Shown piece after piece: positions 51,901 to 63,900 of a stretch of DNA of 64,000 nt (within the stretch, counting starts at the first letter, position 1; each line of letters opens with the position of its first letter). This stretch comes from Phoronis australis (Eukaryota > Animalia > Phoronida). A program made the translations under genes and the position numbers. Under the pieces are notes generated by a model. That model was not told the DNA's origin. It saw nothing but the letters and a program-made list of their open reading frames with translations, and did no database searches. The stretch is taken from the NCBI GenBank assembly GCA_002633005.1, contig NMRA01000128.1:669482-733481 (forward strand), given 5' to 3'.

Positions 51901-54900
51901 ACCATGCACACTGCCTAGAGTGATGAAACTATGCACAGTGCCTAGAGTGACCCAATGTCTCAAGCCAACTGGGCAAGTGTGACATTGAGCAGTAATGAAC
52001 AACCAGTGATTTCCTCCAAGTTCACAAACTGCTTCTAGTTTATGTAAGAGTTCCGTTGAGGTCAAGTTCATAATCATTGTTCTCACCATGATTAAAGTTG
52101 AGGGCAATGGAAATGGTGGAACAAAGTGGAGTCGTGCTCTGCGTTGTTGGTGAAATGCTTTGTGAAGAATTAGATGATAGTTGAGAAACGATTGCAATGG
52201 TGGTATTAAGACTGCAGTGAAAATTGTGATATTGATGACACTTATTAGCACGTGAAGAAGTATAACAGTCAATCAAAATTAGAGCTTAGAGGCTCAAAAT
52301 TTGAATGTGTGTAAGTCAGAATATTAACTGCTTTGATTGTTGTTTGTCACTCAGCTTCTTGCAATCATCAACATGTTATTGTTGTGGTGTAGAGATGAGT
52401 TGTTTAAAGTTAGATGAAATTAGATCAAACAGAAGTATTGTTTCTACACCAAAAAGTTGTATGTCGAATGTTTGTGGTTGTAGAGTATTCACATCGGTAT
52501 TCTGTTCCATTCTGTTCACTGCAGGTCTACAGTGCTGTCCAAGTCACGTGGTCGACAGATTGAACATCCCACTGACCACGACCCGCTTTTCATGTCAGCC
52601 GACCTGTTCTGTGGTCCCTACATCAGTACGTGTGGTCACATCATGCACTCTGACTGTTGGCAGAGGTAAGTACTTCTTTACTGTTCTCTGGATGATGTAA
52701 TGGAAAATACTGCTGGTGGTGAACATGGTTTGTTCTTCAGTTGTTACATGATTGATTTCTTCAATCTCGTTATTGCAAAGCGTGTGCCTTACAAATCCGT
52801 GGAAACTGACTTGTCTTTTGTTAGATTAGCACATGACTAGTGTCTGTGTCATATGCCATTATATGGCAGTAATGGGATAACACAAATGCATGTAACACTT
52901 AATTACATGCAAAATTGAAGCTTCCCCGCCACATTTCCCTTTCAATGCCCATCAATACTTGTGTTATGCTCTCCACCAATGGCTGTTGTTCATATTCCAG
53001 GTACTTTGAGTCTATTCTTGCTAAGGAGCACCGTCGGTTCGGTCGGCTCCGCCCTAACCTCAGCTACGACATAGACGGTGGGGAATACCTGTGCCCCCTG
53101 TGTGAGACTCTTAGCAACACTGTGATACCTCTCCTACCTCCACTCAACACCATGAAAGGCCAGAGGTGACAAGTCTACAGTGTTGTTAAAGTTGCTATGA
53201 ACCTGCTTTCCATTAAAGAAATTGTAACTATTGATTAAGACCACGTACAGCTATAAACTGGTATTGACTTGTTCCTTACTTGACAGTTGGGAAGTGATTT
53301 ATGGGGGTTGTAAAGCACTGACAGTTTTGTCATTGCTTGAGTCTGTGCTCTGTGCATGTGACAAGCCAACTTGATTATATGCTCTGTGCATGTGACAAGC
53401 CAATTATTGAGTCTGGTACACTATAACTGAACTGATATTAGGGAGCAAGTTGTGACCAGTTTGATGATGGTATGTGCTCGTAAATCAAGTTAGATTTTTG
53501 ATGGAAAGTAGCTTCAGTTTTCAATTCAATATAATCTATAAATCTCTCAGTCGTATTGTAAATGTAAGTTCACTATAAGTTGTGTTTACTGGTGGTCCTC
53601 TCCAACAAAGAGAGAAGGAAAGGAAAAGCAAATCTATCAGGAATGAGTATGTGTGCTTCATTTTTACTTTGAGATTCTGCTGAAATTAATGTGAGATGAG
53701 TTTGAAATGCTGTTGTTTTTTGTTGGAAACTTCAGCTGTATCTGAGAGAATAGAATTATGTGTTGGAGTGTAACGGTTCCTGTTCCGGTTATGGCAATAG
53801 TCACAGGGGTCAATGATTTTGAGAACTAGTTTGATGCCATTATTCAATGGGGAAAACTGGTTCTCAAAATACAGGATCCCTGTGACTGACTATTGTCTGA
53901 CATGGTTTCAGTTCTAAAACAAAACAATACATTATAGTTCAACCACCACAACTGAAATACTGGGGTTCTGTGGTGGTACTATACATTTTGGAAATACTTT
54001 TGCAGTGTTCTCTCGGCAATAATTGACCTATCGCCAGGATTTTGAGTGACGGTTTAACTAACCTGTCAGAATGCAGCATTCTTGACACATCTTCGTTTCC
54101 AAGCTGCCATTTTGTCCGAAAAAAACATGTCGCCGGGTAAAACTCATTATTTGTTTGTTGACATTTCGCAAAGGGCGGAGCTTGCGATAGGTCAGTTACT
54201 AGTCAAATGTTTATAGTCTGTTGAAATATTCTTTAATGTTTTAGAAGAATTCAGGCTACCTGAACAACACAGCTCACGTGTGTATGAGCATAGGTCCTCA
54301 CTTATGAATACTGCTCACCGACCTGTAAATTCAGTTCACTGTCTTACATAGCCATTCCTACACTCCTAAAAGTACTGCCAATAGATGACTCAGGAACGTG
54401 TAAACTTAGCCTTTTTTCTCTTCGCTGCTCATCCACCTGTGGAGGTGAGACAGTGAGCTGTGTTTTTTGGGTGTGTTAACCATGATATTTAATTGTGGAT
54501 CCAAGGCAATCAACAGCGTAATATATAGGTCTGTGCTTAATGTTCATGTTTATGAGAGCGGTGTTTGAGGAGAATGAGATTCAGTTGTATCTTGAAGGGT
54601 CTGGGGTCTGTTTCATGAAAAAAAAGACTAGTCAAAACTTTGGTCTTGTGCTTCACATAAAAATTTCAAGAAAATGAAATCTCACTTGAGCAAAAAGTCT
54701 CTGAGGATATGCACGTAACGTTACTGACCAGAGATAATTTCTGGTAATGATTTCTAGCCTGTGATGCGCTCATTATTACTAGACTAAAACCTATATTCGG
54801 CAATTGTTAAGTGGGCGGGTAAGACCAAATTTCTCAGTCACTGTTCATGAAACAAGCCCCATCAGCTAAGTTGGTGTTAAGTTTTGTCATTTGATTGGTT

Positions 54901-57900
54901 AATGTTTACAGTGATCCTGCAGAGACTGGGTTAAATCTTTGTGATTGGTTGGATGCAATGCAGAAAACAGTTGCCACCTGTCAAAGCCATAGAAAAGATG
55001 AAAAAGGTATATAATTGTGTCGGTTTTGTGTTGGCCTTTAAAGAAATACCAAAAATTAATAGACAATTAAGTTGCTCATGGAGTTTATTTGGCATGATCT
55101 TGTTGTTTAGAAGATCATTTACTTGTGACCACAGTCTGCTGTTTTACTTGCTTAAAGTGTACACAACATGACTCTTGTACCTCAAAATAAATTTTATTAT
55201 TATATCTTACTAGATTTCAGTGCCTTTAGTGCACAGCTCATAAAGAAACACGCAAAAATTGAAAAAAATAATAATTATGTAGAACGTCATGGGTTGAACC
55301 CAAGTCGTTCGCCATACTGTTCGGATCATAGAGTTATGCAAAGTCTATTGAGTGAAGAGAAAGCAAAATACATTTAGCGTCGAGAAGGTTCGTAGAGGGA
55401 TCAAAAGATGTGTTTCCGGAGGCTGCAGCAACAGTAGCCAGGCGGAGAACGTCTCAGTGTTACGAAGGATACCAAAGTTGCGCAGAAGTGGCATCGCTTC
55501 GTGCGCCGAACGAGAGTGTGGGACGTCATCGTGGATCAAGCGATTCGGTCCGGGGCCACTCTGTGTTCTGCCTACTTTGAGGACTCGCGTTTTGACTCCA
55601 GTCACAAGAGACGTTACGATGAAGGCCTGGTTCAATAGAGGACAATATTTATCATTCAGAAACATCAGCTCTTAGTTCAGGATCGTCTGCTGGATGACTG
55701 GGTTGACTCGCCGAGCCCGAGGCCGCTTCTCTCGCGGGAGGATCCAGTTCGTAAGGCTCAAAGTAGAAAAGTACGCAGCCGGAACCACATTAAACTTATT
55801 CTCGCTTTCGTGCAACCAGATTTCCTCATCCTGGCCACCATTCCCGTATGTTTCTTCATAGTATTCGTTCAATTTTTGCTCATAATTGTCGCTTTCAAAT
55901 TCCCTGCTTTCCGCCATTGTTCAATGCTAGTCACTAATCTCTTGTGTTCAACCCATGACGTCACATGGCGGGAAATGTGAAAATTGGCAAAATTGAAAGA
56001 AAAATCAAAATTTCGAGCTAATTACACAAAATAAACATGGGTTTAGCTAAATTTTACGTCATACATTTAGTTTGTGGCCACCGGTAATTCAAAATGTGCA
56101 AAAATCCATGGTGTGTACTGTTTAATGTTGCTAGTATCCCTTGTTGTGCTTTTCAATTTTTGTCTTGTCAGTCTTATATCTGTTTTTTGTTGCTGATGTT
56201 GGCAATTGAGGATGGCTGTGAAGGCTAATAAGGTACACATTTCAGGCAATGTTTTTTGTTTTCAGCCAAGGAAGAGCTCAGTATTCTTCCACCCTCGATC
56301 TCTCAGTTAAGCGAAGTGTTGACAGGGACTGTTTACCACAAGTTCCAGGCTCTGTTTAACTACTGCACCTCAAGTGGGGGACCCCAGTAAGTGTCTAGCT
56401 TTTTTGCGTCTTCAGGGTTATTATAAGACATAGAACCTCTTTGCTACACCTTTACTTGTGAAATCAGTTCTGGTTTATGATATGTGACTATTTTGTACAG
56501 TATTAAGTGATAGTGACATGTGTACAGCTCTATTAACACAATACAGTACAGATCATAGGTATTCTGCCAATAACCTGAAATTCCACATCATGACGTCTGG
56601 GTGGAAGCCTAATTCACAGTCGGAGTAGCTTTCCCCAATAATTGAGAATAAAGGGGAATGAACATGACTGTTAGTAAGGTGGCTAATCCATTCTGTTGTT
56701 ATAGTTTTGCCACCAAGTTGGTCATTACTAGTCATTTTTATGCACCCACATATTTATATGTGGGTGCATATTGCTGTCTTCTCTCTCTAGGCGTGCTTGT
56801 CAACCAAACCATTCTAAGGATGGTTGTGGAGTTTGGCATGTATGTTCCTAATGTGAAGAGGAAGTCTTATGATGTTTTTCCAATGACTTTATCTATTGTG
56901 GCAATTTCATTTTTTTTTGTTTTCCTCAGTTTCTCAGAAGTTCCTTCACAGATTTTTATGAAATTTGGTATATGGCTTTGATGACGCATACCAGTTTTTG
57001 GATGGATTCAACGTATTTTGCGCCATCTAGTAGCCGTTCCAAATAAACACCCCTAGAAGCACACCATTTGCGGTGCATTCGTGGGCGCATTTCAACGTTC
57101 TGCGTTGCTCTTGTCTATGTTTTCGAGTCTGTTTTTTGGTGTCCACCCCTTTATCAACCAAACCACTAAGGATGGTTGTGAAAATTGGCATATGTGTTCT
57201 TAGTGTCAAGAGGAAAGTTGAGGATGATTTTCTGATGACTACTGTGATGCCTCCTAGTGTCAGTTTTTTGCGCCCATGGTTATATGTGCTAAACCCACTG
57301 CAGGATCTTTGAAATTTAGCAAGTTTATTATTTTATATTAAGTTGACAACAAAAGACGACGACAATTTTGTGACGGATCTGACGAACGTCCCATTGTGGT
57401 AATCATATTTTTTCAGTTTTCCTTTGTTTTTCTGAAGTTCCTTGAAATTTGGTAAATAGTTTTCAATGAAGAGACGATATGTTCTTGTTTTGGATGGATT
57501 CGACTTATTTTGTGCCATATAGTGGCCACTTTTATAATACAAATAAGCTCTCCTAGAAGCACACCATTTGCGGTGCATTCGTGGGCACATTTCAACGCTC
57601 CGCATTGCTCTTGTTTGCTATCAACAGAATTAGCCGTCATAACAGGGAAACAGTATTTTGTCGGATTACTTTCGTCATGTACTGTAGATAGATGGCACTA
57701 TCTCATATTTAATAGATTCAGTTCTGTATCTAAGTGAGGCTGCTGCCAAACCGTTCTGCCTGGAAACCAAAATAATATTTTTGTCATCACCGTAATTGTT
57801 ATGTCATTGTCAGTGGTGGTTATCAGTTTTGGGGTACAGTGTCATTTGTTGAAAGTGCATTGTGACATCCATACTTGTGTGATGTTTTTCAGAGATTCAT

Positions 57901-60900
57901 TTTCTGAAAGCGTATCTAACATTTTGAAGAAGCTGACCTGTGATTGTTATGCGGTAAGTTATCTAGTGAGAGCGCTTGGTAGTTATGGGCCTGTGATTGT
58001 TATGCGGTAAGTTAACTAGTGAGAGCGCTTGGCAGTTATGGGCCTGTGATTGTTATGCGGTAAGTTAACTAGTGAGAGCGCTTGGCAGTTATGGGCCTGT
58101 GATTGTTATGCGGTAAGTTAACTAGTGAGAGCGCTCGGCAGTTAGGGGTATGGGTTGCTGAACAATATAAAATACCCTTTTACAGAATTAATAGATGACC
58201 ATTTGCTGACTTTAAATTTCTCAAAATACTATTTACCTTAATACGACAAGAAACTACACTGTAAGCTTTTTCAACTTTTGTGTTACTGTGTGTCACAAAA
58301 AGGACAAAAGATTCCCCGTTTTAAGTTCATGCACATGACATATCTAAACTCGACCTATAAAATTTTGTTTTCACCTCCAAAGCCAAATCACCAGGCCTAT
58401 CAACGAGAAGTCAGCAAGTATTTCGTGTCATTTCAGCGTTTATTTTATCTCCTGTAAGAAAATGAAAAATTTCACAGTGTGGTCATCTGCTGTCACCACA
58501 ACTACAATGTGTCACAACTCTTGAATAAGTAATGTAAAAAACAATGAGAAGCGGTCCTACCAATGAACACTTTGCCATGGTTGACTCTTCTTCTTAGTGC
58601 GTCTCAAAAATTTCAAATTAAGCTGATATCTAGACTGCAGTTAATTAGCATATTCTCACAAAGCAATTAATAGTTGGGTTTTACAATATGCAAAATGCAG
58701 TTTGCTGGGGTTGTTTTTGATGTGAAAAACGTGTTCCAAACCATTTAAAAGTTTTCATGTCAGTTAGATGTTCACTGTGTGATGGCTCATTCGCCTATTA
58801 TTTCAGTTTGGCTTGGGTGTGGACCCAGAAGAGGTGAACCCCAGGGTGCCCATAATGGCCTGGCAAACAGCAGCATTCACCATTCAGGTCATAGGTAAGC
58901 CATCTTTACACCATCACATTCATTATTTTAATAGTTGCATCATGACATGCCACATTCAGGCCATAGGTAAGACGTCTTTACACCATCACAGTCATTAGTT
59001 CAGTAGTTGCATCATGACATGCCACATTCAGGCCATAGGTAAGACGTCTTTACACCATCACTGTCATTAGTTTAGTAGTTGCATCATGACATGCCACGTG
59101 CATGCACTGTGGTTACTTTTGTACAATATGTAACTTTGCTTAATATGGAAATGAGACATTTTTCTCATTTTACTGACTCATAACTGATATTTAAATCTTC
59201 ACTGTAGACTAATTAGGTAAATATTAAAACTGCCAATGTCAAGCTGGAGCAGAGTAAAGTTTGTGGCAGTAAATCTGCAAATCTTCTTTACTCGGGCTGC
59301 AGTTTGATCATACAGCAGCGCTGCTTTAAATATCATCTCACCGTAAGTCATTTCCTTACCATTTCCGTTATGTTTGATAATGGCACAGTGTATGGCACTT
59401 TTAAAAAGGGTGATGTCGCTATTTGCAAAATTGTTTTTATAACATCTATGAATAGAAATAACAACTTTACCAGTCAATCGAATCATTATATCCAGATAAC
59501 TTGCTTCAAAGAAGCAAATATCTTTAGTGTCATCTTTTTAGCATGGAAGGCATCATTCACCACATCAGTTTTTAAAACTGCATATTGCTGTTTAGCTGGC
59601 TAAAAAAGGAGAATTGAACCAAGCCTTTTACTCTCATAAAATCAGTCTCTCAATAGTCCATTCTGTGGTAAGATTACACTTCTGTTTCCAATTCAAGTCA
59701 CAGTCAATATGTTCATTGCATTGTTTTGGAATTTGGGATTTTAGGACTGTGAAACTCTGAAATGTTCTCTTGAGTCGCTGATCATTTCGATGTACTTGTT
59801 TGTAACGGAACTGTTTTCTTATCACACTTGGGAATATTATGACATTGATTTTATGGGAGTAAAAGGCATTCTTTGATTTTTGTTTTTTAACCAGCTAAAT
59901 AGATGGAAATGCCACTTTATGGAGCAGTTAAAGCAGGAAGTACCCCCATATGACGCCCACAACAGTGTAAACGCATTTAGAGTTGTATGGCAAGCAAAGT
60001 TAACCACCCCACAGAGCAATCTGAAACCATCTCAAAACTGTCATACTTGTCTCCCGTGCAGTTACCCTGTTTCACTTCACAGCTGTAGTCACTAAGTACA
60101 TAGAGGTTACGATGCAAAGCTCACTTGTTAACACCGTTTACTCCCACATCCAAATCAGGTATTATATTACCTTCTGTTACCTTTTGATTATGTAATATAT
60201 ATCATCAAGTTTATTTCTTGTTAAGGCTACCAGCCATTTGCGATAAAAATAACATTAAATAACCTTGCTTAGCATCATGAGTGAGGAAATGTAAGTTATA
60301 GATTATACAAATATCAACCGATCCCAAGGGTGAAGTTAGGTGATATCAACCAAGGGAGACCAATATTGCACAAGGTTCATATGATCCGATGCGCCCAACT
60401 ATCAGTCTATTTACTCAGTCATTACATAACCACTGCTCCTTTTTTCCTCTGATTTTTTGTCTCTTATGAGATTATTTTTTTTCTTACCTGCTTTGATGCA
60501 CTGACATTGCCGTTTTGTGATCAGGCCAGGGTTTAAAGATTGTTCGCATGATGTGATATTCCACACTAAGTTGGTCACTATCATGCTATGTTGGAAGTTG
60601 ACATATTGCATTTCAACCAATCAAGAGGACAGAAGTGGTTGTGTAATATTACTTAATAGTGCTTCCTTGGAATGTACACATAGAACACTGTGGTCGTTTT
60701 AGAACAATCCCTTCGTGATGAGTCACGGCCATTATTTGGTGCATTGACGTCCAGACAGGAGGACTGCTTAAGTGCAATAATTCGCTTTTCAACCGTAATG
60801 GGTCATGTGTTCCCAGCAGAATTGGTTCGAAGACACTGCCTCCGGCTCCTGTCAGGTACTGTCATTTGAAAATTTAATTAGTGCTTAAAAGTCAGTTAAG

Positions 60901-63900
60901 ATGTTTTATCTGACATGTTATCAGTTTAAAGCTTACTGTTTTAGCCGTTTTGAAAAGTTGTTTACTTGACTGCAAGTATTGAATGTGCAATTTTTATGGT
61001 TTCAGCAATTTTTGCTAACTCAAGTGGCAGAAGTGATAACAAGTATCCCAGCATTCTCGAGTTTGATGCCTTTCATTGTCTGGTCTCGTTGGCTTGTTCT
61101 TTGCCATGTCTTTACGTGGAGAGCACACGTGCTCCCCTGTCATCACTACCTCAAGGTCATCTGAACGACCTTCACCTTCTCCAGTTGACCTTCACCTTAC
61201 ATCTGACACAGATACTTTTGATGTGTGAACTGACATCTGATGGTAAGAATGGTGAATTTTTGTTTACTTTTCAGCCACTACAAACCTTGCATGTGTATGT
61301 TTAGGCCCATGTGCCTATATTAGAAGCTGTGGTATCGGGCACATGTACCTATACAGTCACATACCATCTGAGTAAAACAGAGTGATGCCCTTGATAAAGG
61401 TGCACCTCGTTTTCCTCTAAATATTCTCACTTATTGTAGCTGTGAGTGAATAAAGTGTTGGATATTATCAGGGCTGGGTATAAGCATATGTAGAATAACT
61501 TCAGTAATGCTAGCAAAGAAAAAGAAATTCAGTATGCTCCACAAATATTCAGGAACTGCTTTGTATTTTCTTGTCATGACTCGTTCAAATTGCTCTTCAC
61601 AGTGAATTCCACACTCACTCAGTGGTCATGATGGCAGGCCAATTTTGTCATTTTTTGTAGGTATACTTCTTAACCTCCATTTTGAGAATTTTATTAGATT
61701 CAGTTGGTATCCTTGTCCATGACTGCAGGCCTCTGACTCATCAGTTCAACTCTTATCTGTAATTCTAAATGTTATAGTATGGCTGTCAATCAAAGTATTT
61801 CTAATGTACACTGGTCGTAATTAAAATCAGAAAGTTTACAAAAACAAGATTCTTTCTGAAAATAACAACCAGACATTCAAGTGTCACAAAGTAACTATGA
61901 AAATGTGAGAGATTAAGCGAATAAAATGTGTTGGCTTGTGCGGACTTGATTGGTCTCAGCCGAGCTGGTTTGTAAGCTGCTCTCTATTTGCAGAGGGATT
62001 TCAGCTGCGATAGAGTGGTGCTTTTAGTGTCTGACTACAGGGCAAATTCTCTATGTTCATAACTGCACTTGATTTACATATTGGATACGAGTGAACACGT
62101 AATGCATTTTGTAGCGTCACGGCTACATGGATGTATTGAAGTCAAACTGTTGCTTGTAGAAAGGGGTTATAAGTTGAAATTACCTAGTATGTTTATATGA
62201 AACACTGGTGTGAGTTGTATTTGTGTATGGCTCTATAGTTGGTCGATAAATATGTTGCAGAGTGTATGGAGACAGAATGTGACGAGGAGGGTATTCGACT
62301 CTTGGAGGTGTACAAGATGTCACGCAGCAAACTTGGGTGTGTATATGTGTCTTAATAGTTGTAGAGACCAGTCTGTAGACCATGAAAAAGCATGTCACAA
62401 GACCTTGCAAAATCATGCAAGTGAAAAGCCAGTGTTTTGCAAGTATGCTCGGGAGCTTATTAGGTTATCCTAGCAGAATGGTGGTTACTGAAGTGATTGG
62501 TTGGCAAGGTTGAAATGTTGAATTGTCGAATTGAACTCACTATTTCTAGTCCGTAAGCGAAGAACTTTTTACTGCAATTGCAAGCTAATGTCTTACTGTC
62601 TATGAATTACAACTCTGGACCTGGTTATGCTTAAAGCGATACAGCCATTGCCATGACAACTGGTGACCAGTGCATGACTTAATACTGGGTAGTACCAGTT
62701 CTGTGGTATTTTTAGGTAGTAACAGCAGTTGTAGCAAGATAATGCAAAGTTTAGACTTCTGAAATATTTATACAATCGTCAGTATTGCTGCAGTAGGGAA
62801 TTTCATTGTATTGATGCCTTTGAAGTTTAGTCTCCTGCAGTCAACCCCTTCTTTAACCCATATTATTTTACCTCTGTGCAGTTATGAGACATCTACTGGC
62901 ATGCCCAGCTCTCACCAACTGGCTGCCCATGTCAGACAAGCCTGTCTGCCCTTCCTGCGCTGTGCTGCTATATTTTATCACCACGTCACTGGGGTGGCGC
63001 CGGCGATAGTCTTGTCAGGTACTACTTTTTGGCTTAAAGCGATGTCTGGACACTACTTGTGTAACTTTTTACTTGTAAAAAAGAAACGATTAGTGTTTGA
63101 TTCACTGTGCTCTTAGGGTTTTGTGAATATTGGGAGAAATGAAATAACTTTCATGGGGAATGTCCAAGACATGCTTAGACTGATAATTGTGCATAAGCCT
63201 ATGGGCTTCTATAAGGATTTTAAAACGAATATAAATGTGCTTCCGTCACAAAAACGACTTGATTTAGACAACTTACTGTCATGAAATTGGTCTAAAAATC
63301 CTCAGTCAAACTTCATGTGATTTTAGAAGTGACAGTTCATTTCTGCTCGAGACCAAAGGGCCTGTTACATGAAAAGTTACTGGAGATTTAAGACAGAAAT
63401 ATGGTGTTAAGCTCCCAGTTGTCAATTATTGAATAAAGGGTTAGCTAGCACATCACAAGCTAGGAATACTTTGTACATATTATCTCAGTAACAATTATTG
63501 AATACATGGTTAGCTAGCACATCACAAGCTAGGAATACTTAATACATATTATCTCAGTAACAATTATTGAATAAAGGGCTAGCTAGCACATCACAAGCTA
63601 GGAATACTTAGTACATATTATCTCAGTAACAATTATTGAATAAAGGGTTAGCTAGCACATCACAAGCTAGGAATACTTTGTACATATTATCTCAGTAACT
63701 AGAAGTTAGAGACAGAAACTTTGTATTTTTGGTGAAGTCAGATTTAATTATTTTTCATACAGTTCTGTGGAGCATAAGACCAAATTTCTGACTTGATTCT
63801 TAAATCACTTTTCTTGAAACAGACCTCAGGTTCTGCAAGTTCGCTTGTCACGGCGTGACATTTTATGCACCGAACATGGTCTCAAGGCCGAACTTGTAAT

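Noticed and set aside
54245-54445. Candidate extra UBR exon
   Set aside because: Not needed: exons 27 and 28 join in phase and align without it, and the segment shows no UBR similarity.
57937-63699. Tandem arrays as CRISPR-like loci
   Set aside because: No unique spacers, eukaryotic intronic context and no cas genes.
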